Notes under the pieces: generated by a model
Databases searched by the model: none
What the model saw: only the letters and a program-made list of their open reading frames with translations
What the model was told of the DNA's origin: nothing
Program-made: the position numbers and the translations under genes
NCBI GenBank assembly: GCA_951406725.2
Contig: OX597817.1
Location: 131,688,001 to 131,752,000, forward strand
Direction: 5' to 3'
Source of the DNA: Octopus vulgaris
Taxonomy: Eukaryota
DNA length: 64,000 bases
Shown: in pieces, positions 1 to 14,015 of the stretch
Layout of the letters: every line of letters begins with the position of its first letter
Numbering within the stretch: the stretch's first letter is position 1

Positions 1-944
<944 letters not shown>

Positions 945-1036
945 ATCCAAACAAGAAAGCACAAAAAAAAAAACACAACGCGAGGACGGGGAACAAATAT
1001 AGTATTATTGGACGCTCAGGAAAGAAGGAAAGGAGG

Positions 1037-1071
1037 GTCTAACGTTTCGAGCGGAGCTCTGCGTCGGAAAC
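1037..1071 (-). ncRNA. degenerate minimal type I hammerhead ribozyme inside a Penelope-pLTR-like repeat (approx. 941-1135)
   Basis: Minus strand reads GTTT-CCGACGC-A-GAGC-TCC-GCTC-GAA-ACGT-T-AGAC. Stem I is GTTT/AGAC, stem II GAGC/GCTC, helix III the palindrome ACGT. The core deviates from CUGANGA. Related copy at 13978. Confidence 0.6.
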
Positions 1072-1136
1072 ATAGGAGAAGGAAAGATGCAGAGAAGGGA
1101 AGACAGAGGGAAAAAAATCGCCAACGGTACACACGT

Positions 1137-1354
1137 GAGGGTGTTCACAAAGTCTCTCCGCAGTAAGTATTTAACGGTTTTTCGGGCGATTCTTGTACAC
1201 TGATCCTTTACTTGCTCCCGAGAAAAAAACGTGTGGCGGTGTTAAATCAGGTGCTTTTAGTGGCCAAAGTCCCATCGAAAACCTTTTGAAGTAGCGCCAT
1301 GGTGATGCCCAGGATGAAAAATATTCACTGCTGAGAGACCTTTTGAACACCCTG
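1137..1354. mobile_element. Tc1/mariner-derived MITE
   Basis: Imperfect ~27 bp TIRs (AGGGTGTTCACAAAGTCTCTCCGCAGT and ACTGCTGAGAGACCTTTTGAACACCCTG). Internal minus-strand peptide LWPLKAPDLTPP resembles the WPPxSPDLxP transposase motif. Confidence 0.75.
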
Positions 1355-2445
1355 TGTATGTTTACATGTGTCTGCTTATTTTAACATTGTGCTATGGTAT
1401 TATCAATGCTTTCATCGTTAACCGTTTTCATTTTTTGTAGAAAATTTTATATAAACTAGTTACCTTCTCTACCAATGTTTTCTTGTCAATATTTGCGGTA
1501 TACCGTGTGGCGTAGTTTGTTGCTTTGTTGTAGATGGAATTCACTGAAAAAATAAATAAAATTAAAAGCTTACAATCATCTAATTTACATACATGCATGT
1601 ATTTACATATTCTCACTTATACAAACGCACTCTTATGCATTTGTACATCGATATATACACATGCATACAAACATATATATATATATATATACGTCTTTTT
1701 GTTTATATACATGTAAAATGATGTGCTCCATTCTCCCATTTTACTTTCACACACATACACGTGCAAATATATATTTGTGTGTGTGTATATATATAATCTA
1801 TATATACATAGATGCACACATATGTACGTATATATATATATATATATATATATCGTTCCATTGGGGTATATTCACAGCCTCATTAATTGTAAACGTTATG
1901 TCCGTTGTGTTTGACATTAATCAACGTCTATACCATATATTATATAGTCTTTGATCTCTGCGTCTCTGTATCATGTCGGTTCAGCATCGATTGCTTCTTA
2001 ATCGGTAATAATATCCGTATTCTAGATTATTTAAAAAAAATTTTCAATGGAATATTTTCATATCATAACATCTGAGTCGTGTTTACAAATTTTCCAATGA
2101 AGATGGCCGCCAATGCATCAAATATACATTATAATGGTATATAATACAGTTTTATATTAAATTCCTGACTGTACAAAATCACTTCGCTGATCAATATAAT
2201 GGCACAGAAAGCATTTCGTAGACTTTCCTCTTATCGGATCTTTTTCTTACTATCTTAAAACACTTTTGAACCGCAGATTGTATTTGAAGGTTTTCCCATG
2301 TCGAACACATGTCGACCATATTCCATCAAATCTTAATTTCTTGACAATATTTCTTAAAAGTAAGCATTTGTTTTAATACTGCGGAGTTTTTGAAAATTTT
2401 TGTACACCCTTCGTCGTCGTCGTCCTCATCCGTCTGAGTGTCTGC

Positions 2446-2519
<74 letters not shown>

Positions 2520-2552
2520 CTTTCTTTCTCTCTCTCTCTCTATCTCTATCTA

Positions 2553-3150
2553 TCCTCCATTATAGAACTGCTAGACGACACTAATTTGTTTATTAATGTA
2601 GAAGGAAGGACGCCACTGCTGCTACTGTTGTGGCGAAGATAACCATTTAAAGATCTCCTGCCCAAAGTTGCAACACCACCACCACCAAAAACAACAACAA
2701 CAACGCAAGGAAAAAGAGTATAGAAGACCAACACTTTTACCAACACCATCCACATTACAGCCAAAACAACACAACCAACCAAAGACTTTAAACCAACCGA
2801 AAGTGAGAGGAAATGCAACACCAGCAACTGTAAAATCATCACCATCACCACCAACAACACCGGGAAAATCAATAACAACAACACCACTAACACTGTCATC
2901 AGCAGAAGCAGCTACAAAAAACAAAGAAGCCAAAGGAACTGATAACCCACCCCTACAAACTTTCACTTCACACACAAACACCCAGCATCGAACACAAACA
3001 ACACCAACATCAGAAACACAAAATACATTTGACCCCGTTACTCTTCCACAACCCCCTTCCGATTTTTCCGACTCGTCGTCCGAGGAAGACGGAACGGAAG
3101 AATGGCAATTAGCCACAGGGAGGTGTAGGAAACGGGGGAGGGGAGAATAA
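2553..3150 (+). pseudogene. Tx1 ORF1 C-terminal remnant
   Basis: CYCCGEDNHLKISC (CX2CX4HX4C) at 2620-2661 is in frame with the T/P-rich ORF 2668-3150. Confidence 0.7.
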
Positions 3151-3654
3151 ATACACAAGCAAACAAAGCAGGAAGGTTTACAACTACCTACACCAACATT
3201 TCCAAGACAAACACCAACACTACAAAAAAATAAACATTAACCAATCGAATTATGTTGACAGCCATTAACACAAGCAGCTTGGACCTAATGTGTTACTTCG
3301 GGTCACACACAGACATCACAGATCACAACTACAAAACTAGTAACCACCCATACACAACAGCACCAGAACACATCAAAATATCACACACAACACAAGCAAA
3401 TCACAGCCTATTGAAGTCTCTCTACCCTGATTCGTTAGGGAGGTTTCAAAAATATCAACAAAAAAAAGAGAAAAATTTAAAAACCTCCTCACGGAAAATT
3501 GTGAGGAGGAGAAATATTTTCTGTCGAAAAACATCCACATTATACAGAAAACTACTCAAGAAAAGACCAAAGGAGGAGACAGGAAAAATTTCGAACTGTA
3601 AGTAACTCTCTGTTCCTTTACTTTGTGTTTAAAACACATACCTCATTAGGATTA

Positions 3655-6600
3655 CGCTTCAGACTGGTTGTATAAATGTACGTGGCTTGGGGTCACCTTG
3701 GAAACAAGGGTACCTCTTAAATTTCATCAAGTCACAAATTAGAAATCATAGCCATAAGTGAGACAAGACTTTATAACCCACAGGCCCTAAAGTCCATGTT
3801 TGGTGGAGAGTTTAACATTTATTTTCTTCCTTGCCTGCCGAGAATGGGCGGTAGTGGCACCGTAGTGCTTTTTCGCAAGAGTCTGGATCTCAAAGTAAAG
3901 ACAATATTCATAGACCCAGAGGGTAGACTGATTGTCCTGGATGTCGACGGCAGCAGTGGGTGTGCCTTTCGACTTATATCAGTTTATGCACCGTTTTTAA
4001 CAGGTCGATCGGATTTCTTTCAACCTCTAGAAGTATTCCTAGGAACGTCTCGACTTTTACTTTTAGTGGGGATTGGAATGCTACCTTGGATACGTATCTA
4101 GACTATGTGAGTACGGATAGAAATAGATGGGGATGCAAATACCTCAAAAACCTGATCAAACGCTTTCAACTGTCCGACAGATACAGATTCGACAACCCAA
4201 ATGCGCCAACGTGGAAATGAAGGAACCGCATAGTGTCGTCGAGATCGTATCTAGATAGAATACTGTGTAGGACACTAGATAGAAATAGTGTAGGTTATCC
4301 ACAATTTAATATAGTCAGCTACACAGATCACAAATTTGTGACTTGCACTCTAGATTTAGATAAGACACTTAGGCAGAGTGCCGGTTACTGGAAACTGAAC
4401 GCGTCTTTCCCCTCAAAACAGGTTTACAGAGACCGGATTAGCATACTAGTGAAGAGGGCTTTGACGGAAGCCATCATCAACAACAAATGGTGGTTTGCCC
4501 TCAAAAGATCAATAAAAGCAGACTCTATTAGGTATAGTAAAGCCCTAGCAATACATGGAATTAAAATAGAGGGAGATCTAGTTAAGAAACAAGAAGAAGA
4601 AATAAGAAGTGGCATCGCTTCCAACGTGTTGGAGGCGAGGTTCGCCCTTGACTAAACACTTCAACGCTAAACACGAAAGATACGTTGACAGAGCTAGGAT
4701 GAGTGCCCTAAGAAACGAAGGTATTGGAGCTGGACGAGAGGCCCGGGTGGCGAAGGCGTAATAAGGCAACAAAGCTACTATTCGGTCTCTGATAGATAAA
4801 CATGGGTGCGAATTACTCGAGTATAGAAAAATGTGTAAGGCCTTTCAACAGCACTTTCCTCGTCTATTCGGAAAAACTGGTAGCCAGAACGCAGGGTGGA
4901 CTTCAATGCCTACCTGCATAGCCTGGCACGATTCTCGGCAAGAGAGGCGGAGTGTTGTGAAGGTGCCATCACAGTAGCGGACGTGCGGAATGCGATAACA
5001 GACTGCTCGAGGGATAAATCGCCGGGCTTGAATGGTCTGCCCTACGAGCTTTATGGTTATATGCCAGAATTGTTTGGAGGCATCTTGGCAGCAGTCTGCT
5101 GCAACTGGCAGCAAAACGGGAGTATCCCCAGTTTTGTGAGTCGAGGAGCTGTAACAATGCTAAAGAAAGATCCAAACAAGGGAAACGTAATAGATAACTT
5201 TAGGCTCATCCTTCTGCTTAATGTTGATTTGAACATTTTGGCCAAGGTGTTAGCAAGGAGGTTGGCGCTTATCATCGAGAAACTGGTTGACAAGGCGCAA
5301 ACATTCGCCGTGCCGGGCCGAAACATCCATGACAGCCTCCACCTCATGCGCTACATCATAGACAGGGTAGTCAAGGATCCTGGCATATGTGGGGCGCTGA
5401 TCAATTTGGATCAATCAAAAGCTATCGATAAAGTAGACCATCGATACTTGGATGCTGTCCTCATAGCGGTTGGTTTCGGTCCTGCTTTCCGCAGATGGAT
5501 TGCTGCCTTATACAGCGGCATCTGTTCAGTAATTCGCGTGAATGGGCATCTATCCAGACTATTTGACATTGCACGTTCAGTTTGTCAAGGATGCCCCTTC
5601 TCGTCGCTTCTGTACGTATTGAAACTGGAGCCACTACTGCGGTAGCTGGCGACGCTAAGGGGCATCCTGCGAGAATAGGGATGCGCGACGAGCGTGTCTT
5701 CAAACGCAGATGACGTCACCGTGATAGTGTCTAGCCATGGCCATATCGACCTGGTAGGCGAGACACTAAAGAATACGATGCGGTGACGGGAGCAAAAATT
5801 AATCGGGAAAAGTCAGTGGGCTTGCGGCTCGGCACCTGGAAAGGCAAACACATGTCACCCAACAGCATCTCTGTCGCGGGACACTGGACCGACGGACCGG
5901 TTAAACTGATATGGGTCTGGTTCGATCCGGACCTCCAAATAAAGAAGAACTGGAACAATATAACGAGTAAGGTGGTCACTCTAACCCAGTAATGGGCCGA
6001 GAGGAAGCTATCCCTAAAATGTAGGGTGGAGGTGGCAAATGAGTACATCCCATCCGTCATCTACTACCGTCTGACCGTTGTGCCTTGTCCCGACTCTACC
6101 ATCACCAAACTGGAATGCATCCTCTTTCGCTACTTGTGGAAAGGGAGCGTTCCGATGGTCAGGCGATCCGTTTGCTGCCAACTCCCGCTAAAAAGAGAGC
6201 TGGGCGTGCCGTGGTTTATGATGCGCAGATATGTGCTGACACTTCGACATCACCGGCGCTTAATAGACGACGGTGAATAGGTGTGGCTGCCGTTTGTGGC
6301 TGAACTGGATCCAAAAGAGGCTGAGGAAAGGCGAATGGCACAGCGAGTGTCGCGTTGCCCCCAAGCAACTCTGCCGTCCCGGCTCGAACTTGCACGATTG
6401 CAATACCACAAAACCATTCTATAGAGGATTAGTGGAAGGGGAGGTATAACGACGATCTTGGGGAGAACCTGGGCGTCGACGAGGAATACCTGACCTGCCT
6501 ATTCGGGACAACTTTCGGGCCGGGATCTATGGATAACCTATCGAAAAGCACTACTCGATCGAGATGAGGCTCTAGAAACACCGGGCCGACCTGCCCGAGA

Positions 6601-7011
6601 TCCGGTCAGTGCGACGAAACCGATCTGCAAACACTCGTGCAGTGTTAAACCATTTCCGACCTGTTGGCTTGTGTCGAACAACTGTTGTCGCGTGTGGGAC
6701 GAGTTGGTTTATCAGCCGAGTCTATTGTTAGTATTGTTCCGTCTCCTCCCTTCAAACGTGAAGGAAGAGCTGTTTTCATAGTAATAGTGGCTATGGTGAA
6801 AGAATGTGTATGGTGGGCGCATTTGAAAGGTCTAGAAACAAACACTTTCTTCTCTAGTCAATCACTCATCAACTTTTTCAAGTATCACGTGAAAAGGAAT
6901 GTGAGAGTAGAGAGGAAAGTTTTGTCTGGTGAGTATTTCACGAAAAGGTGGGTGAATGTAGCCAGGATGGCACGTATGACTGACGGAGTCACCTTGAGCA
7001 TAGTCGTATGA
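3655..7011 (+). pseudogene. Tx1 ORF2 (APE endonuclease + reverse transcriptase), frameshifted
   Basis: Motifs CINVRGL, SETRL, LISVYAP, GDWNA, SYLDRI, YTDHKFV, GYWKLNAS, KSPGLNGLPYE, NLDQSKAIDKVDH, CQGCPFS and ADDVT, broken by many stops and frameshifts. Confidence 0.9.
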
Positions 7012-7242
7012 ACCAAAGAGATAGAAAAAGAGAGTATTTTAATCTACTGAACTTTTGTATTCCATTGTCCGAGGTTACCGTGGTCTTTTCGTAGGTTTTT
7101 CTTTCCACGGATAAACCTCTGTTTTTTGCACTATTTCGGTTTTTGACCCCTTTTGATCGTTGTCTTTTTTTCCCCTCGAAAAGATAAACTCTATATTGTA
7201 TTGTCCCCTCTGTGTCGAGCCCTGCGTGGCTAATAAAGAAAG

Positions 7243-7243
7243 G

Positions 7244-7307
<64 letters not shown>

Positions 7308-7308
7308 A

Positions 7309-7389
<81 letters not shown>

Positions 7390-7600
7390 AATTTATCTAT
7401 TTTTCTATGTAAATTTGTATGTATGTATGTTTCTATCTATCTATCTATTTATCCATCCATCTATCTATCTGTCTATCTGTCTATTTTCTATGTATGTTTG
7501 TATGTATGTATCTTTATATCTGTCTGTCTGACTGTCTCTCTCTCTCTATCTATCTACCTATCTACCTATCTCTCTCTCTCTCTCTCTTTATCTATCTATC
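7243..7600. repeat. (TATC)n/(TGTC)n/(TC)n microsatellite
   Basis: Read directly from the sequence. Confidence 0.95.
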
Positions 7601-9031
7601 AGATTTTTTAAATTCTATACTATATTTATTTGTTTTTATTTATTTATTTATTTTTCCCTAATTAGTCTTTATCTTCTTTTTTTAATATAGTTTTCTTTAA
7701 TTCATTTTTTAAATAGATTTTCTTTTATATTAGCCATCAATCTTTTTTTTCCCTTTAATTTCGTTTATTTTTTTCAGTCCTTCATTTATTCTTTCCTTCG
7801 TCTTCATCCACTGCTCTGCCACCTGCTTTCTGATTATAATTCCATTCTGCATAACTCGAAAAACACGAGTACCCTTTCCCCACCCGAGCTACCACATTAT
7901 ATTCTAATTAGAGGTAATAGCAGTCACGTGACTTTTGCGGTTGGGGGGTTGCAGCGGCGGTTCAAGTAGAAGTGATGGTGTCGTGGTGGGGCCTAGAAGA
8001 ACGGAGGAGGTGGAGGTTATGGTGATATCGGTTGCTAATTAGCGGTGGATGTGCATGCGGTGGTGGTGGTGGTGGTGGTGGTGGTGGGGAGCGGGTGGCT
8101 TTCAACGACCTTTAAGTTAGTTGCATCTTTGAACCCGATTCCTCATTATATCTGCACCCTTTACTGAACAATTCCCAGGGCCCACTCTTCTATTCGAACG
8201 CGCATAAACACACATTGACATACATACATACATACGTACATAATATAATAGATACATGCATACATACATACAAACATAAACACACATACATACAGACAAT
8301 ACATACATGCATGCATACGTGCATACATACATACATACATACGTACATACATACATACATACATGCATACATATATATATATATATACATACATAGATAC
8401 ATACATACATTCATACGTACATAATACTTGCATACATGCATACATACCTACAAAAATGCATACTGCATAAATACATACATACACACATGCATATATACAT
8501 ACATTCATATATACACACACATATATATATGTTTATATATGCGTATATTATATTTATATGTTTATATGTGTTTATATATATGTGCGTATATATATATGCA
8601 TGCGTATGTGTGTGTATATATATATATATATTATATTACTTATCTATCTATCTATCTGTCAGTCTATCTTTAATCTCTTTCTCTCGCTCACACACACACA
8701 CAAATACGAGCGCACACACACACACACAAATACGAGCGCACACACACACACACACTCACATACACCAATGTATGTGCCTACGTGGGTGTGTGCATATATA
8801 TTATATCATCTATCTATTTATTGCTCTCTCTCTCTCTATATATATATATACATATATATATTATATATATTATATATATACATGTGTATGTGTCTGTGTT
8901 TGTGTGCATGTTTATACTTTATTTTGCAATTTTAAGAAAGAGCCACTTGCAAGCAGGAGTGTACACACTGATATACTGACTTCATCCCCCACACATAAGC
9001 GCACTCAATGACAAGCATACATAGTCATACA

Positions 9032-9073
<42 letters not shown>

Positions 9074-9303
9074 GACGAACAAAAACTAAATGCAGCGAGT
9101 AAAAGGATGGTCGCTGTTGGCTCTCATTATTATGACAATGGTGATGGTGATGATGATGATGATGAGGAGGAGGAGGAGGAGGGGGAGTAAGGCAGTATCG
9201 GTGGTGATGATAGCAACAGCGGCGGATGTGCTGCTGCTACTGCTGCTGTTGATGGTGTTGTCGATGAAGTTGGTGATGATTTTGGTGATGATGATGATGG
9301 TGG

Positions 9304-9338
<35 letters not shown>

Positions 9339-9610
9339 TTACTGGATTGCATGGCAGTTCTTTATTATCTAGGAAGGTGGCAGGAAATAACAAATTGGTG
9401 CACGTCGCCGTCGTTGTTAATGTTGATGATGATGATGCTCGAATCAGTTCTGATTAATCAATCCTGCCATGAAGGCCATTACAAACATGACCACCCCGAT
9501 ATTTTTGCACATTATAGACTGCCGAATGCATTTTTTCCTTGTCTTTTTTCCTTGATTTTTCCTTTAGGGGTGAACAGTTTGATTTGAGGGAGATATAAAA
9601 TTTAGCAATA

Positions 9611-10015
9611 TAAGCGCAAGCATGGTTGTGTGGTAAGAAGCCTGTTTCCCAGCCACACGGTTCCTGGTTCAGTTCCACAGCATATCACCTTGGGAAAGTG
9701 TCTTCTGCTATATCTTCGGGCTGACCAAAGCCTTGTCAGAGAATTTGGTTGATGGAAACTGAAAGAAGCTCGTCGGATATATATGTATACATCTATGTGT
9801 GTGAATTTCTCTGTGTTTGTCCGCCGCTGTTAATTCACAAACGATGTTGGTGTTTTTAAAACCCCGTAAATTAGCAGTGTGGCAAAAAGAGATAAAAACG
9901 ATAGAATATGTACTAGGCTTCTAAAACAAATGAGGGTTGGGGTCGATTTGTTTGACTAAAATCCTTTCCAGGCGGTGCCCTAGCATGGCCGCAGTCAATT
10001 GACTGAAATGAAAGA
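9611..10015 (+). mobile_element. tRNA-derived SINE family A (CORE-like CCTTGGGCAAGT segment, internal microsatellite)
   Basis: A box TGGTTGTGTGG and B-box-like GGTTCAGTTCC. Homologous copies at 35305, 43820 (-) and 45183, and 3' halves at 14335 and 14560. Confidence 0.8.
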
Positions 10016-10019
10016 CATT

Positions 10020-10410
10020 ATTTCTTTTCTACTCTAGTCCCAAGGCACGAAATTTGAGGGGAGGGGACTAGTCGATTAGAGCGACCCCAGTACGCAAATG
10101 ATACTTAATTTATCGACCCCGAAAGGATGAAAGGCAAAGTCGACCTCGGCGGAATTTGAACTTAGCGGTATTTCGTCTGCCGTTACGTTCTGATTTCAAA
10201 ATCTGCTGAGGTCGACTTTGCCTTTCATCTTTTCGGGGTCGATAAATTAAGTACCAGTTACGCACTGGGGTCGATGTCATCAACTTAATCCCTTTGTCTG
10301 TCATTGTTCGTCCCCTCTATGTTTAGCCCCTTGTGGACAATAAAGAAATAGATATACTGCTTAGCATTTCGCCCGGCGAGCTAACGTTTCTGCCAGCTCG
10401 CCGTCTTGAA
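10020..10410. mobile_element. SINE family B (Nin/Deu-like central domain): a plus-strand copy nested in a minus-strand copy
   Basis: GCCTTTCATCCTTTCGGGGTCGATAAATTAAGTACCAG-type domain on both strands. The head of the minus copy resumes at about 10355. Confidence 0.75.
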
Positions 10411-10737
10411 AGACATTATTTCTAGCAAGTTCATGAATGATTTAGAAATTCTTTCACGTGTTGATGTTGTTTTAAGTGTAGTCCAGGGGTTTCTCAACCG
10501 TGTTATTATCCAGGACAGATCCAAATTCTCGGTATTTTAGGGGTCGAAGGTCACATGCAGCGCTCTTGAGGACCGCTAACGTACAGGGTGATTTGAAAGC
10601 GATATAACATTTAGCTACTATTTCTAGCAAGTTGATGGATGATGTAGAGGTTCCTCCACAAACTCGTTGAAATTATTGCTGGCTTGTTATATCTTTTGTT
10701 CTTTTAAGAATGTAGAGAGTGATTTGAAGGGGATATA

Positions 10738-12598
10738 GCATCACAGCCGCGGACGTATGGGATGCGATGGTAGGCTGCCTGGAAGACAAGTCACCAGGCT
10801 TTGATGGTCTGCCCCACTAACTTTATTGTCATATGCCAGACTTATTTGGAGGCGTCTTGGCAGCTGTCTACTGCAACTAGTAGCAAAACGGGAGTATCTT
10901 CGTTTCTGTAAAGCGAGGAGCGGTGGCTCTGCTAAAGAAAGGTCCAAACAAGGGAAACGTAATAGATAACTTTAGGGCCCATCACTCTGCTCAACGCAGA
11001 TCAGAAGATTTTGGCCAAGGTGCTAGCCGAGAGGTTGGCGCTCGTCATCGAGAAACTAGTCGAAAAGGCGCAAACATGGTAGGAGTATCCCTGACAGCCT
11101 CTATATGATGCGATATATCATAGACAGGGTAGTTAAGGATCCTGGGATAGGTGGGGCGCTGATCAATTTGGATCAATCAAAAGCTTTCGAGGGTAGATCA
11201 TCGCTACTTGGAGGCTGCCCTTAGAGCAGCTAATTTCGGTTCCGTCTTCGGTTGGATCGCTGCGTAAATGGTGGTCTGTCAAAACCATTTAACATCACGC
11301 GTTCGGTTCGTCAAGGATATCTCCTCTCGTCGCTTCAGTACGTATTGACTCTTGAGCCACTACTGCCGACGCTGAGGGGCATCTCAAGAGAACTGGGATG
11401 CGGAAGGAGCGTGTCTGCATACGTGGACGATGTCACCGTGAAAATGTTGAGCCACAGGCATATCGACCTGGTCGGCGAGACACTAAAAGAATACGAAGCG
11501 GTAACGGGAGCGATAATCAACCGGAAAAAGCCAATTGGGCGGCTCCGCACTTGAAGAAGCAAGCCCATGCTGTCCAACAGCGTCACCATCGTGGGTCACA
11601 GGACATACGGACCGATTAAATTGCTAGGGGTCAGGTTTGGTCAGGACCTCCTAATGGAGAAGAACTGGGATGAGATGACGAGAAGGGTGGAGACTCTCAC
11701 CCAGCAATGGGCCAAGAGGAAGCTATCCCTAAAAGGTCGGGCGGAGGTGGCGAGCGCGTACATTGCATCCGTCAGCAATTACCGTCTGACCGTCGTGCCT
11801 TGACCCGACCCTACCATCTTCAAACTGGAATGCATACTCTTCTGTGTTTTTGTGGAAGGGAAGCGTTCCGATGGTCAGGCGATTCATTTGCTGTAAAAAC
11901 TCGCTAAATGGAGGGCTTGGCATGCCGTAGTTGATGATGCGCAGACATGCACTGAGGCTGCAACATTTCCGGTGCTTTATAGACGACGGTGAACAGGTGT
12001 GGTTACTGTTTGTGAGGCGCGCTTTTCCGCAGCTCATCTCTTGTGTCGAACTGCAGTCGTGGACCAAACATAGCCCGGGGCTAGGCGAATGGCACCGCGA
12101 GTGCCGCCTTGCTCTCAAGCAACTCTTCCGTCCGGGACGAAACTTGTGCAACTTCAATTCCACAAAGGCGTTCTATAGAGGATTAGTGGAAGGGAGGTGC
12201 GACGTAGTTCTCTGTCAGAATCTGGGCGCCGACAAGGAACACCTAACCCGTCTGTTTAGGACAACTTTCGGGCCGGGACCTATGTACAATCACCAGAGAT
12301 CTCTGGCCTGGCAGTGTTATAGGGAAAGCATTGCCCGTTCGGGATAAGCTCTACAGGAACGGTTCGAGATACACCGGACCGACTTACCCGGATGCGGTCA
12401 GAGCGACGAAACCGTTCTGCACACACTCGTTCAGTGTCCAACCATTTCGGGCCAGTGGGCTTATGCCGAACGGCTGCTGTCATGTGTGGGACGCATTCGG
12501 TCGTCGGCCGAGTCTATCATGAAAATTGCTCTGCCACTCTCCCTTAACCGGGAGGGCAAGACAGTCTTCATCGTACTGGTAGCCTGGGTGAAAGAATG
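10738..12598 (+). mobile_element. second Tx1-clade LINE fragment (RT to near the C-terminus)
   Basis: Collinear with 4970-6810 (KGPNKGNVIDNFR, SVRQGYLLS, SAYVDDVT, RKLSLKGRAEV). Confidence 0.9.
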
Positions 12599-13340
12599 AG
12601 TGTGTCTAAATGCAATGATAGCCGATGCGGTACATGCCAATTAATTCATACCGGCCCACATATGAACAGAAAAACAGGGAAAATATTCACAAACGCGAAC
12701 ATGAACTGCAAAAGCAGAAATTTAATCTACTGCATCAAATGCCCAAATTGCGAAGAACTGTATGTTGACCAGACAGGTAATGCACTATCAGAACACTCGC
12801 GGGTGCATCGACAAAAAATTAAAAACCCAGAAGTCCGCCAAATACCACTGAGTAACCATCTGGCAACATGTGGTCGGAAAACTTTTATGATATTCTCATT
12901 TCATAAACTTTACAACCTGAATGAAATTGAGAGAAAAGGACTTTATTAATAAATTGAACCCAAACTTAATGAACAATGATTAAATTAATCATATTTAAGG
13001 TTTAAAAATCTTATCCCTACACCTAAAAATGAAATCACTAAAAAGTACTGCTGTCATCATTTCTAAAAATAGCTAAGCAACTACTACTGCTGTCCACAGG
13101 ACGTATATAAAGGACAAAAGACAGCCAGTTAACCACAGTCGACTGATGAATGCTTAAATGCAAGCAAGAAGCAAGTATATTAGTTCAATGAGAATAGACA
13201 TTTAATATTTAATTTTCAATATTTCATTTGTTTAGTAAGACAATCAATACTTCATTTCATTTCTTTCTTACTGTATATTCTATATTCTATATCCTATATT
13301 AATATTATAAGAATATAAATAAAACATAAAAAAAAAAGTT
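12596..13340 (+). mobile_element. Penelope-like element 3' part (Cys-rich linker, GIY-YIG endonuclease, pLTR remnant)
   Basis: KCNDSRCGTC...CKSRNLIYCIKCPNCEELYVDQTG...RVHRQ...NH. A decayed hammerhead-like CTGATGAA-TGCTT..AAGCA lies at 13143-13180. Confidence 0.85.
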
Positions 13341-13407
13341 GGATTTCCTTTGAGTAATATATTCTTCTATACACAATCATGCAAACCCCTTTGTATGTAT
13401 GTATGTA

Positions 13408-13474
<67 letters not shown>

Positions 13475-13569
13475 CAACAATTGAGGGTAAAATTAATTAA
13501 TTATTAATCAATTTCACCAAGTGTTCAGTATGCAAAGGGACCATTTAAGGCGAATTCAAATTATTACAT

Positions 13570-13840
13570 TATATAAAAGGGCTTAGTAAAATAAATTACT
13601 TTGCCGCATACTGAACTCATTAGAAATAGCAGCTAAAAAACATTTTTAAAACTATTTCTAATACTTAAAGAAAACCTCTCTCATATAGTGTTTGCTCAAT
13701 TCAACTCACGAAAAGTTGAATTGAGCAAACACTATATGAGAGAGGTTTTCTTTAAGTATTAGAAATAGTTTTAAAAATGTTTTTTAGCTGCTATTTCTAA
13801 TGAGTTCAGTATGCGGCAAAGTAATTTATTTTACTAAGCC

Positions 13841-13850
<10 letters not shown>
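13570..13850. repeat. perfect inverted repeat, 137 bp arms, 7 nt loop
   Basis: 13570-13706 is the reverse complement of 13714-13850. The unit is embedded between (AT)n tracts. Confidence 0.95.
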
Positions 13851-13881
<31 letters not shown>

Positions 13882-13977
13882 CGGGAAGCTTTATGAAAAT
13901 AAACAAAAGACAAAGGCAGGTGGAATATAAACAAACAATTGTATTAGTATGGCGCTCAGGAATATAAATAAAACAAG

Positions 13978-14015
13978 TCTTTTACGTTTCGAGCCTACGC
14001 TCTTCAACAGAAAGA
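13978..14015 (-). ncRNA. minimal type I hammerhead ribozyme inside a Penelope-pLTR-like repeat (approx. 13880-14090)
   Basis: TCTTT-CTGTTGA-A-GAGC-GTAG-GCTC-GAA-ACGT-A-AAAGA gives a 5 bp stem I, 4 bp stem II, palindromic helix III and a GUA triplet. The core is the variant CUGUUGA. Confidence 0.7.

Larger units (their letters stand above)
2553..7241 (+). mobile_element. Tx1/L1-clade LINE, 5'-truncated within ORF1, decayed
   Basis: ORF1 CCHC knuckle, APE endonuclease, RT and C-terminal region occur in order. The 3' end is AATAAAGAAA and (TATC)n lies on both sides. Confidence 0.9.
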
